A stretch of 46,938 bases of DNA from an uncultured Erysipelotrichaceae bacterium. GTDB lineage: Bacteria > Bacillota_I > Bacilli_A > RFN20 > CAG-826. The number at the start of each line of letters is the position of its first letter. The stretch's first letter is position 1. The translations under genes were made by a program, and so were the position numbers. The notes under the pieces were generated by a model. The model saw only the letters and a program-made list of their open reading frames with translations, was not told the origin of the DNA and made no database searches. The stretch covers positions 1 through 46,938 of the forward strand of contig CADCDV010000002.1 of assembly GCA_902800255.1 (NCBI GenBank), given 5' to 3'. This document shows positions 12,672-22,405 of this stretch, one piece after another.

Positions 12672-13811
12672 ATGTTTGTTTGTCCTCGCTGCGGAAACAA
12701 AGATGAGAGATATATCGGCTACAAGAACGGGGAGCCTTATTGCCGTAAGTGCATCATCTTTTCTGGTGAGGAAGCTAAGGACTTAGAGCACCCACCAAAG
12801 AAAGCGCCGCTCTCATTGGCCTGCAAGCTTTCCGAAGAACAAAGCAACCTATCGAGAAGGATAGTCGAGAATTTCGTTAATGGCATAGACACGCTTGTGT
12901 ACGCCGTATGCGGATCAGGAAAGACTGAGATAAGTTATGGGGTTCTTGCCTATGCGATTTCCCACGGTCTTAGAGCAGGGTTCGCCCTTCCTAGAAGAGA
13001 TGTTGTTATTGAGCTCTACTGGAGAATGATGAAGGCCTTCCCAAACAACAAAGTTGTTGCGGTATATGGAGACCATCATCGAAGGCTAGAAGGGGATATC
13101 GTCATTTTGACGACTCATCAGCTTTATAGGTATCCAGACTATTTTGATCTTTTGGTTATGGACGAGATAGATGCATTCCCTTTTAAGGGAAACGACGTCC
13201 TTATCGCCTTATACAAGAAATCATTACGTGGGCATTGCGTCCTCATGAGTGCAACCCCAAGTAAAGCCATACTTAATGAATTCGGGAAAAAGAATCACGA
13301 GGTCCTTGAGCTCATGACCCGTTTCCACAAGAAACCGATCCCCGTACCAAGGGTAGAGCTTTCGATTCCTCTCTTCCAGGTTCTCAAAATCATCAAGAAG
13401 CTTAAGGAATATGGGAAGCAGGGGAAGCCGTGTTTTGTTTTCGCTCCAACGATAGATCTTTGCGAGTCCCTCTATGAGAAAGTTTCCGTTGCCGTTAAGA
13501 ATGGCGACTACGTTCATAGCGAGAGGCAAAACAAAGACCAAATCATCAACACGTTCAAAGCAGGAAAGCTGAATTACCTTTTAACGACTTCCGTCCTTGA
13601 ACGTGGAGTGACGATCAAGAATCTCCAGGTCTTGGTCTACCAAGCAGATAAAAGAGCGATTTATGATTCAGCAACACTGATTCAGATATCAGGAAGAGTA
13701 GGAAGAAAGATGGATGCACCTAATGGTGACGTTATTTTTTACGCCGAAAAACAAACGGAGGAAATAGCCGATGCAGTCAGAACAATCGAGCACTACAACA
13801 CCTTTCTGTAA
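12672..13811 (+). CDS. comFA: ComFA-like DEAD/DEAH-box helicase (competence DNA-uptake ATPase)
   Basis: 379 aa. N-terminal Cys4 finger (CPRCG...CRKC), Walker A AVCGSGKTE, DEID box, SATP, QISGRVGR. Followed by comFC and then secA, as in Bacillus. Confidence 0.8.
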   Translation: MFVCPRCGNKDERYIGYKNGEPYCRKCIIFSGEEAKDLEHPPKKAPLSLACKLSEEQSNLSRRIVENFVNGIDTLVYAVCGSGKTEISYGVLAYAISHGLRAGFALPRRDVVIELYWRMMKAFPNNKVVAVYGDHHRRLEGDIVILTTHQLYRYPDYFDLLVMDEIDAFPFKGNDVLIALYKKSLRGHCVLMSATPSKAILNEFGKKNHEVLELMTRFHKKPIPVPRVELSIPLFQVLKIIKKLKEYGKQGKPCFVFAPTIDLCESLYEKVSVAVKNGDYVHSERQNKDQIINTFKAGKLNYLLTTSVLERGVTIKNLQVLVYQADKRAIYDSATLIQISGRVGRKMDAPNGDVIFYAEKQTEEIADAVRTIEHYNTFL

Positions 13812-14493
13812 GGTCTGTTTCAAAGACATCCGTCGATATGATTTCGCCTCTCTTTTTGAGGACTATCCGATATGCCCGACTTGCTTCAATTCGATGGAGC
13901 CAAAGACGGTCGTAACAATGTTAGACGGCATTAAAACAACATCCCTCTTCGTCTATAACGAGAAGGTGAAACAGATGCTCTATCAGTGCAAAGGGTGCTT
14001 CGACATTGAGATGGCGGAAATCTTCCTCTCAAGACACAAAGCCTTCTTAAGAAGGAAGTATAGAAACTGGACCTTGGTTCCTGCTCCAAGCTATGGAAGC
14101 AAAGACCAGGTTAGGGGATTCAACCATGTCGTTGAGATATTCAAAGGCCTAGAACGGCCATTCATCCATGCGATTATGAAGACGGATAACGTCAAACAAG
14201 CCGACCTCAATTTCGCTGAGAGGCAACAGATCGGAAAGCATCTAAGTTGGAGCGGTGGAGTTAGCGTCGCTGGTCTAAACATCCTCTTCGTCGATGACCT
14301 TATGACGACTGGAGCAACCGCGAAAGCCTGCGCGAAGATGCTCCTCGAACATGGGGCGAGTAGGGTCGAAATACTGGTCATGGCCCGCACCATAGACCCC
14401 AAAAAACGAAAAGAGAATGAAATCTCTTTTTCACAAAAACTACGGCAAATCGTGGATGGAATTAAGAAAAAGATCCGAGGCAAACCGAACTAG
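13771..14493 (+). CDS. comFC: ComFC-family phosphoribosyltransferase-domain protein
   Basis: 240 aa with N-terminal CxxC...CxxC and the PRTase motif ILFVDDLMTTGAT. GGAGG lies about 10 nt upstream. Overlaps the comFA end by 41 nt. Confidence 0.8.
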   Translation: MQSEQSSTTTPFCKVCFKDIRRYDFASLFEDYPICPTCFNSMEPKTVVTMLDGIKTTSLFVYNEKVKQMLYQCKGCFDIEMAEIFLSRHKAFLRRKYRNWTLVPAPSYGSKDQVRGFNHVVEIFKGLERPFIHAIMKTDNVKQADLNFAERQQIGKHLSWSGGVSVAGLNILFVDDLMTTGATAKACAKMLLEHGASRVEILVMARTIDPKKRKENEISFSQKLRQIVDGIKKKIRGKPN

Positions 14494-14552
14494 TTTGCTT
14501 ACCATTTATGGTAATGGTATGATTTCAAGGCTATCTATTTAGGAGATTGATT

Positions 14553-16953
14553 GTGGCGAATTTTATTGAGAAGCTCTTCCGTTTTGAGAAGAGAGAGTTA
14601 GATCGTCTGTCCCGTGAGGCAGACCAAATCATGGCTCTTGATGAGCAAATGAGCAAATTAACCGATGAAGAACTCGTCGGAAAAACCGCTGAATTCAAAG
14701 AGCGTTTGGCCAAGGGCGAAACCCTTGAAAGCATCAAACACGAAGCTTTCGCTGTTGCCCGTGAAGCTGGCTGGCGTGTCTTAAAGCAGAAACCATTCAA
14801 GGTCCAGATCATTGGTTCCTTGGTTTTGGATAGAGGCGACATCGCCGAAATGAAGACCGGTGAAGGTAAGACCCTCACCTGTACAATGGCCGTTTATCAC
14901 AACGCTCTCGCTGGCAAAGGCGTTCACGTCGTCACCGTTAACGAATACCTTGCTGCCCGTGACGCTGAGTGGATGGGAAACATCTACCGTTTCTTAGGCC
15001 TCACCGTTGGTGTCAACCTCGCTGCGAAAGATACCGCTGCTAAGCGTGAAGCTTATGCTTGCGACATCACCTACACAACCAACTCCGAACTTGGATTCGA
15101 CTACCTCCGTGACAACATGGCTCCAACCCTTGAAGGCCGTGTTCTTCGTGGACTCTTCTTCACCGTCGTCGATGAAGCTGACTCCATTCTCATTGATGAA
15201 TCCCGTACCCCACTTATCATTTCCGGCGGTCAGAAGAGCGCAGCTTCCCAATATCAAGTCGCTGACCGTTTCGTCAAATATCTCCGCAAAGACAGAGATT
15301 ACGAAATCGATATCAAAGATAAGGCCTGCTCCCTCACCGAAGAAGGAACCGCCAAAGCCGAGAAGATGTTCGGCGTCAGAAACCTCTACGATCCAGAGAA
15401 TGAGGATCTCATTCACCGTATCCACCAGGCTCTCAAAGCCAACTACATCATGGCCCGTGATGTCGAGTACATGGTCGACAGCGAGCACAAGATTCAGTTA
15501 ATCGACCAGTTCACTGGTCGTATCATGCCTGGCCGTGAATATAACGACGGTCTCCAGCAAGCCATTCAGGCCAAAGAAGGCGTCGAGATCAAACAGGAAA
15601 CCGTTGTTCTCGCGACCATCACTTACCAAAACTTCTTCCGTCTCTACGAGAAGCTCTCCGGCATGACCGGTACTGCTAAGACCGAGGAAGAAGAGTTCCA
15701 GACCATCTACAACATGAAGGTCATCTGCATTCCAACTAACCGTCCAGTTCAGAGAATCGACGATGACGATCTTATCTTCGCTACCCACGACGCCAAGCTC
15801 AAAGCCCTTGTCGAGGCCGTCAAAGAAAGACACGCCAAAGGACAGCCAATCCTTATCGGTACCGTCTCCGTCGAATCGAACCTTGAGATCTCCGCTCTCT
15901 TAACGAAAGCAGGGGTCCCACACGAAGTCTTGAACGCTAAGAACCAAGCCCGTGAAGCTGAAATCATCTCTCACGCTGGCGAAGTCGGCGCCGTTACCCT
16001 TGCCACCAACATGGCTGGTCGTGGTACCGATATTAAGCTCACTGACGAAGTCAAAGCCCTTGGTGGTCTTTGCGTCTTCGGCACCGAGCGTCACGATCAT
16101 CTCCTTCGATGACGAGCTCATGAGAAGATTCGCTCCAGAGAATCTCCGCAACCTCTTCGTCAAGAGCCTCCAGGACGAATCATATGAGAGCAGAATGCTC
16201 ACCAATGCCGTCACCAACGCTCAGAAGCAGATTGAAGGTAAGAACTTCGATATCCGTAAGAACTTAAAAGACTACGATGACGTTCTCGCCAAGCAGCGTG
16301 ACATCATCTACAAGAAACGTGACGCCATCCTCATGGCCGAAGACATCGTTGACCTTATCCGTGAGTTCTTTAAGACCACTGGTCTTTACCTCGCTCAGAA
16401 AGCCATCGACCAGACCAACGCCGCTGGCATCATCTCTGGCGAGCACCTTAAGAGACTCGTCGAGCCTCAGTTCATGCCAGAAGGCTCAATCGATGCCCAG
16501 GCTTATGACAACGCTCCATATGAAGAAGCCGGTGATGACCTTGGCGAACTTCTCTACAAAGCCTATCTCGATAAGAGAAAGACTTGGTCCAGCAAGGAAG
16601 CCGACAACATTGAGCGTACCGTCTCCTTACGCGTCATTGACCGTAACTGGCAGGGCCACATCGACACCATGTCCCATCTCCGTGATGGCATCTCCCTTAG
16701 AAGCTACGCTCAGAGAAACCCACTTCAGGACTACGTCAACGAAGGCTATGACCTCTTCAAAGAGATGAACGACAAAGCCGCTGTTGATACCTGTTTCAAC
16801 CTTCTCAATGTCAGACTCCAAAGACAGGTCCACGTTGAGCATGAGCATCAGCCAGATCCAAACGCCGTTGATGCCGAAGCCCAGGAGAAAGCCGGTAGAG
16901 TTGAACAAAAATCCCCTGCAGAAACTGCCTCAAATGAGGAAAACAAGGAATAA
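14553..16953 (+). pseudogene. secA: secA (preprotein translocase ATPase) disrupted near 16095 by an internal deletion plus frameshift
   Basis: Two overlapping ORFs (to 16112, and 15952-16953) together align along SecA: [41 protein letters not shown] // [12 protein letters not shown] ... HIDTMSHLRDGISLRSYAQRNPL. Motif VI (..[19 protein letters not shown]..) is absent and the frame shifts by +1. The likely start is GTG 14553, 7 nt after AGGAG. Confidence 0.85.
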
Positions 16954-16964
16954 GAGAGGAATAT

Positions 16965-18075
16965 ATGAAAGAGTTAGTCGAATTAAAGCAAGAAGCCCAA
17001 AACATTGGGAAACTTGTTTCGCAACTCGGTGGTTCTCTTTGACCTTGATAAGTTAAATTCCGAGATTGCAGCATTAGACGAAGAACAGAATAGAGAAGGC
17101 TTTTGGAATGACCAGAAGTCTGCTTTGGAAGTCGTCAATAAACTTAACGACGCTAAGTCGAAAGTCCAAGGTTATTTAGGAGTTAAGAACGGCTACGATG
17201 AGTTGTCGCTTCTTCTTGATGACCCTGATTCGAAGAATCCTGACATGCGCGAGCTCATTGAAGGCATGGAGAAGGAACTTCAGAAGAAAATCAAAGAGCT
17301 TAGGGTCGATCTTCTCTTTAGAGGAGAGTATGACCATTTCAACTGCACGCTTGATATTCACCCAGGCGCTGGCGGAACCGAAGCCAACGATTGGGCGGAT
17401 ATGCTTTTCAGAATGTATAACCGTTACGCTGAATCTCATCACTTCAAATGGCAGGTTCTTTCCTATGAACAAGGTGAAGAAGCTGGCCTAAAGAGTGCGA
17501 CTGTGAAGATCAGCGGCAAGAACGTCTATGGTCTCCTCAAAGGAGAAAAAGGCGTCCATCGTCTTGTCAGAATTTCACCATTCGATTCGAATGCGAGAAG
17601 ACATACATCCTTCGCTTCGGTCAACGTTATTCCTGAATTCGGTAAGATCAGCGATGTCGAAATCGATCCGAAAGACCTCAAAGTCGACACCTTCAGAAGC
17701 GGTGGCGCAGGAGGACAAAACGTCAACAAAGTCTCTTCTGCCGTCCGTATCACCCACCTTCCAACCGGCATCGTCGTCTCTTGCGAAGTCGAGAGAAGCC
17801 AGCTTTTCAATAAGCAAACCTGTATGGAGATGCTTGCCGACAAGCTCATGCAGAGAAAGATTGAGGAACGCGAAGCGAAACTCAAATCCGTCGTCGGCGA
17901 ACAAAAGAACATCGAATGGGGTTCCCAGATTCGTTCCTACGTGTTTTGCCCTTATACTATGGTTAAGGACAACCGCACGAACTATGAGACGAGCGATGTC
18001 CAAGGCGTAATGGATGGCGATCTTGATCCATTCATCGACGCTTACTTAGAAAACCTTTCCTATAATTCAAAATGA
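16965..18075 (+). CDS. prfB: Peptide chain release factor 2, expressed by programmed +1 frameshift at 17037-17043
   Basis: The ATG at 16965 (RBS AGAGAGGA) opens a 25-codon frame-0 ORF ending CTT TGA. The +1 frame continues DLDKLNSEI... with SPF and GGQ motifs. Confidence 0.92.
17028..17043 (+). other. RF2 autoregulatory recoding signal (SD-like GGTGGT, 3-nt spacer, CTT TGA C)
   Basis: GGTGGT TCT CTT TGA C has the same architecture as the classical prfB frameshift site AGGGGG TAT CTT TGA C. Confidence 0.9.
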
Positions 18076-19115
18076 GCCAGTCAATAATTCCACAGCAACA
18101 ACGTAAGATCCTTGGCGAGGTGTTCAATGTCTTCCTCGTTATTTTGGGTTGCATCATCATGGCTTTTGGCGACGCTTTATTCATCGCACCGTGCAACATC
18201 ATCTCTGGTGGCGTTTCATCTGTCGGTATCATCGTCAACTTCTTCGTGAAGAGCGCGACCGGCTTTGAATGCACCGATATTGTTGTCGCGGTTTGCCAGG
18301 TCCTCCTTTGGGTCCTTGGTTTGGTCGTCCTTGGAAAGAAATTCTCCATCCACACCCTCATCGCGATGATCGCCTATCCAGCAACCTTCTCTCTCATCTA
18401 CCGTTTGAACCTTGGCGAGGTTTTCGGAATGACGCCGATCTATGAATCTGCTTTAGCAGGGGGACCAGACGCCATCGGCTCTCTTCTCTTCGCGGCAGTA
18501 TTTGGTGGATTCCTTTGTGGTGGCGGCATTGCGCTTGCTTATCACGGCAATGGCTCTACCGGTGGCTTCAACGTTGTGTCTGCGATCGTTGCAAGATATA
18601 GCGAAATCAAAGAAAGCACCTCAAGCCTCATCATCGACGTCACTTTGATTGTGGTTGGCGCTCTCGTGAGACTTAGCGTTCCAAATAACTTCGTCCTTTC
18701 TTGCATCGGCATCCTCTGCGCGATTGTCTGCTCTCTTTCAATCCGCTTCCTCTATGTCGATGCCACCCAATTCGTCATCTGCGACATCATCACCGAGAAA
18801 TACGAAGAAGTTAATAGATTCGTCATCGATGAGATGGATCACTCAACCACCCTCTTTGACACCGTCGGTGGATACACTGGCGAAGACCGTAAGATGGTTA
18901 GAGCGGTCATCTATACCGATGAGACAACCGAGCTTAGGGAATTCATTGCGACGATAGATCCAAAAGCTTTCGTCTCGTTCACAAAAGCCAAGACAATCAA
19001 TGGCGAAGGTTTCGAGCCTTTCTATGTGAGACACAGGAAGAAAAAGCAGTCAAAATTGCAAAATACCCAGCAAAACCCAGATAAAAATGAGGTAAATAAC
19101 GATGGCGATAGATGA
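18072..19115 (+). CDS. YitT-family membrane protein (DUF161 repeats plus C-terminal DUF2179 domain)
   Basis: 347 aa. Multi-pass N-terminal region, then a soluble domain TTLFDTVGGYTGEDRKMVRAVI...FVSFTKAKTINGEGF typical of DUF2179. ATGA overlap with prfB. Confidence 0.75.
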   Translation: MSQSIIPQQQRKILGEVFNVFLVILGCIIMAFGDALFIAPCNIISGGVSSVGIIVNFFVKSATGFECTDIVVAVCQVLLWVLGLVVLGKKFSIHTLIAMIAYPATFSLIYRLNLGEVFGMTPIYESALAGGPDAIGSLLFAAVFGGFLCGGGIALAYHGNGSTGGFNVVSAIVARYSEIKESTSSLIIDVTLIVVGALVRLSVPNNFVLSCIGILCAIVCSLSIRFLYVDATQFVICDIITEKYEEVNRFVIDEMDHSTTLFDTVGGYTGEDRKMVRAVIYTDETTELREFIATIDPKAFVSFTKAKTINGEGFEPFYVRHRKKKQSKLQNTQQNPDKNEVNNDGDR

Positions 19116-21093
19116 TACCCATCGCTTCGAATTAGTTTCTCCTTTCAAACCTACGGGCGATCAGCCTGCTGCCATAGCCAAAGTTCTCAAAGGCGTTAAG
19201 GAAGGCAAAAAAGTCCAGGTCATTTTAGGCGCGACCGGAACGGGTAAGACCTTCACTGATGCGAACATCATCGCCGCTTTAAATAGGCCAACCTTGGTCC
19301 TCGTCCATAACAAAACATTAGCCTCCCAGCTTTATGGTGAGTTCAAAGAACTCTTCCCTCATAACAGGGTTGAGTATTTCGTTTCGAACTTCGACTTCTA
19401 TCAGCCTGAAGCCTATATTCCAAAGACTGACACATACATCGCCAAAGACGCGATGATGAACGACGAGATTGAGATGATGAGGACGAGTGCAGTCAACTCC
19501 ATCATCGAACGTAGAGATACAATCGTCGTCGCTTCAGTTGCCGCCATATACGGATTAACTGACCCAGATGAATACCGTGGCCTTGTTTTCGAAATCCGCG
19601 TTGGTGAGACTCTCGATAGAAAACGCTTCTTCGATAAGCTCGTTGAAGCCCAATACAACAGAAACAATTTCGATTTGGCTCCAGGCAACTTCCGAGTCCA
19701 TGGCGACATCATCGACATCTGCCCAATGTATTCGTCCGACTATTACATCCGCATCGATTGTTTTGGCGACGAGGTTGAGAAGATCTGCGAGGTCGACAAA
19801 TTAAGCGGTGAAGTCCATAAGAGCTATCTCACTTTCCCTATCTACCCAGCCTATGACCACGCCTCGACAAGAAAGAGAATCGAAGAAGCTTGTGTCACCA
19901 TCGCCGAAGAGCTTGAAGACAGACTCAAATATTTCCGTTCAGAAGGCAAACTCCTTGAAGCTGAACGCCTTGAAATGAGAACCAGACAAGACATGGAATC
20001 CCTCAAGGAATTCGGCCGTTGCCCTGGCATTGAGAACTATTCCCGTCACATCGATAAACGTAAACCTGGCCAAAGGCCATTCTGCCTCATGGACTATTTC
20101 CCAAAGGACTATCTCCTTATGGTCGATGAGTCTCACGTCAGCTTCCCACAAGTCAAAGGAATGTTTAACGGAGACAGGTCCCGCAAAGAGACTCTTGTTG
20201 AGTATGGATTCCGTCTACCGAGCGCTCTTGATAACCGTCCTCTCAACTTCAGCGAATTCGAAGGATTAATGCCTGATGCGGTGGTGTGCACCTCCGCGAC
20301 CCCAGGCGAATATGAGCTCAATCTCTGTGGCCATGAAGTTGCGGAGCAAATCATCCGTCCAACCGGTCTTCTTGATCCAGAAATCGAAGTCAGGAAACCT
20401 CTTGGCCAAATCGATGACATCATGGCGGAGATCAAAGACCGCATTGAGAAGAACGAGAGGGTCATGATCGTCACCCTCACCATCAAGATGGCGGAAGATC
20501 TTACCGCATATCTCAAAAACGAAGGCATCAAAGTCACATATCTCCAAAACGAGACAAAGACTTTGGAGAGAACCGAAATCATCTATCAGCTCCGTAAAGG
20601 CAAGTTCGATGTCCTTGTCGGCATCAACCTTCTTAGGGAGGGTCTTGATATCCCAGAGGTCTCTTTGATCTGCATTCTCGACGCCGACAAAGAAGGCTTC
20701 CTCCGTTCAACGACATCCCTCATTCAGATTACGGGGCGTGCAGCGAGAAATGCGCATGGCAAGGTCATCATGTATGCCGATTCGATCACCCGCTCAATGA
20801 AGGAGTGCATCGATGAGACTAACCGTCGTAGGAGCATCCAAAAGGCCTATAACGATGAATACGGCATCGTCCCAACGACCATCATCAAAGAGATTAGACC
20901 CCCTCTCACAAATAACGATAAGGATGAGGATGACATCTTAAAGATGTCAGGCAAGATGTCGAGGACTGAGGTCGAGAAGCGACTCAAGCTCTTAGAGAAA
21001 GAGATGAAAGAAGCCGCGAAAAATTACGATTTCGAAAGGGCAGCGGAGATCCGCGATATCATTCTTGAGACCAAAGCCAATCTCGGAAAGTAA
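19102..21093 (+). CDS. uvrB: Excinuclease ABC subunit B
   Basis: 663 aa, colinear with Bacillus UvrB as I recall it: GDQP.AI, GATGTGKTF, YFVSNFDFYQPEAY, GIENYSRH, DESHV, LREGLDIPEVSL, and C-terminal UVR domain FERAAEIRD. Confidence 0.93.
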   Translation: MAIDDTHRFELVSPFKPTGDQPAAIAKVLKGVKEGKKVQVILGATGTGKTFTDANIIAALNRPTLVLVHNKTLASQLYGEFKELFPHNRVEYFVSNFDFYQPEAYIPKTDTYIAKDAMMNDEIEMMRTSAVNSIIERRDTIVVASVAAIYGLTDPDEYRGLVFEIRVGETLDRKRFFDKLVEAQYNRNNFDLAPGNFRVHGDIIDICPMYSSDYYIRIDCFGDEVEKICEVDKLSGEVHKSYLTFPIYPAYDHASTRKRIEEACVTIAEELEDRLKYFRSEGKLLEAERLEMRTRQDMESLKEFGRCPGIENYSRHIDKRKPGQRPFCLMDYFPKDYLLMVDESHVSFPQVKGMFNGDRSRKETLVEYGFRLPSALDNRPLNFSEFEGLMPDAVVCTSATPGEYELNLCGHEVAEQIIRPTGLLDPEIEVRKPLGQIDDIMAEIKDRIEKNERVMIVTLTIKMAEDLTAYLKNEGIKVTYLQNETKTLERTEIIYQLRKGKFDVLVGINLLREGLDIPEVSLICILDADKEGFLRSTTSLIQITGRAARNAHGKVIMYADSITRSMKECIDETNRRRSIQKAYNDEYGIVPTTIIKEIRPPLTNNDKDEDDILKMSGKMSRTEVEKRLKLLEKEMKEAAKNYDFERAAEIRDIILETKANLGK

Positions 21094-21188
21094 AGGAAGC
21101 ACTATTGTATAGTGAATCTTTGATTGCGAAAAAGGTCTAACTATACTAAAGTTATCTAGCGCATTTAGCGTTCGGAGTTATTCGTATT

Positions 21189-21479
21189 ATGCAGTGGTAT
21201 GACATTCTATTTATCATCGTCGCACTTATATTGATCATTTTGAGCTTGCTCCAAGGCGGTAAGTCAGAAGGTGCTTCTGGCGCTATCACCGGTGGTGGAC
21301 TCAACGTCTTTGTCAAAACCAAGGAACGTGGTTCCGAGAAAGTCATCACTTGGCTTACCTTCGGATTCGCCGTCGTCTTCCTCTTCTTAGCTCTCCTTAT
21401 CATGATTCTCAATGCTAAGGGACCTGAAAGCGGAGACAACGCCACAACCGCTGAGATCCTCGGCTTCCTCCTCAAATAA
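21189..21479 (+). CDS. secG: Preprotein translocase subunit SecG
   Basis: 96 aa with two TM helices flanking the Gly-rich loop LLQGGKSEGASGAITGGG, the typical SecG layout. Confidence 0.75.
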   Translation: MQWYDILFIIVALILIILSLLQGGKSEGASGAITGGGLNVFVKTKERGSEKVITWLTFGFAVVFLFLALLIMILNAKGPESGDNATTAEILGFLLK

Positions 21480-21498
21480 TCGATAAAGAATAATCGAT

Positions 21499-21525
21499 AG
21501 GCCAGATATGAATCTGGCCTTTTTT
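21499..21525 (+). terminator. Rho-independent terminator after secG
   Basis: AGGCCAGAT / ATCTGGCCT 9-bp stem, ATGA loop, TTTTT. Confidence 0.85.
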
Positions 21526-21565
21526 AATGAAATTAAAACCCTTAAGTGCTATGTTAAGGTTAACT

Positions 21566-22354
21566 ATGGAAATAAAAGAATACGTCCTTCAAGAAAAGGA
21601 AAGAATCAAAGCCGAAGTGGCTCAAATGCCTGAGGCGCCTGTTCTCTCAATTATCACCGTTGGCCATAACCCTGCCAGCGAGTCTTATGTCCGTGGAAAG
21701 AAGAAAGATTCCGCGGAGGTTGGCATCACCGCCATCCAAACCCAGTTTGAGGAAGATGTCACTGAAGAAGAGGTGCTCTCCTTAATCAGAAAGCAAAACG
21801 CCGATCCATCAATCACTGGCATCCTCGTTCAGCTTCCTGTTCCAAAGCACATCAGCGAAGAGCATATCAATGAAACCATCGCTCCTGAAAAGGACGTCGA
21901 TGGATTTGTCCTTGGCTCGAAATACATTTGCTGCACACCTAAAGGAATCGTTGATTATTTAGCTGCCGATGGATTCGATTTCACTGGCAAAAACGCGGTC
22001 GTTTTAGGTAGAAGCGACATCGTAGGCAAACCTATGGCCAGACTTCTTCTCAACAAAAACTGCAACGTGACAGTTCTTCATTCAAAGACAAAAGAAGAGG
22101 ACCGCCGCATGTATCTTAAGAACGCTGACCTCATCGTCGTCGCCATCGGAAGACAAGCCTTCATTGATCACACATACGAACTCAAACCAACCGCTTGGTT
22201 AGTCGACGTTGGCATCAACAAAGGCGAAGACGGCCATCTCCATGGCGATGCCGAACCAAACCTTCCAATCGCCAAGCAGACTCCGGTTCCTGGAGGCGTT
22301 GGACTTCTTACGAGGCTCGCTCTCCTTAAGAACCTCATGGAAGCCAAGAAATAA
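21566..22354 (+). CDS. folD: Bifunctional methylenetetrahydrofolate dehydrogenase/cyclohydrolase FolD
   Basis: The motifs VGHNPASESYVRGKKK, ILVQLPVP, DVDGF, CTPKG, VVLGRSDIVGKPMA and TPVPGGVG are present. I chose the ATG at 21566 because the track start at 21527 directly abuts the secG terminator. Confidence 0.88.
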   Translation: MEIKEYVLQEKERIKAEVAQMPEAPVLSIITVGHNPASESYVRGKKKDSAEVGITAIQTQFEEDVTEEEVLSLIRKQNADPSITGILVQLPVPKHISEEHINETIAPEKDVDGFVLGSKYICCTPKGIVDYLAADGFDFTGKNAVVLGRSDIVGKPMARLLLNKNCNVTVLHSKTKEEDRRMYLKNADLIVVAIGRQAFIDHTYELKPTAWLVDVGINKGEDGHLHGDAEPNLPIAKQTPVPGGVGLLTRLALLKNLMEAKK

Positions 22355-22369
22355 ATAAGGAAAAAGAAA

Positions 22370-22395
22370 AGAGGCTGAACCCCAGCCTCTTTTTT
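22370..22395. terminator. Bidirectional terminator between convergent folD and the DUF308-like gene
   Basis: AGAGGCTG / CAGCCTCT stem flanked by an A-run upstream and a T-run downstream. Confidence 0.8.
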
Positions 22396-22405
22396 GTTTT
22401 GCTGC

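Noticed and set aside
15952-16953. Second secA ORF treated as an independent 333-aa gene starting at 15952
   Set aside because: Its first ~48 residues are an out-of-frame read through the secA NBD2 region. Real SecA homology begins only at about 16096, so it is the downstream half of a disrupted secA.
19102-21093. uvrB not followed by uvrA
   Set aside because: This is a gene-order variation seen in many genomes, and uvrA may lie elsewhere. It is not informative from this window alone.
21189-21230. Near-identical N-termini of SecG (MQWYDILFII) and the Feo Cys-rich peptide at 30158 (MQWYEILIII)
   Set aside because: The match is short and lies in a hydrophobic signal-anchor. The DNA identity does not extend beyond about 25 nt and the downstream sequences are unrelated, so this is most likely coincidence rather than duplication.
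21527-21565. Upstream ATG at 21527 as the folD start
   Set aside because: It lies 1 nt after the T-run of the secA... secG terminator and adds a non-homologous MKLKPLSAMLRLT extension. The ATG at 21566 matches FolD N-termini.
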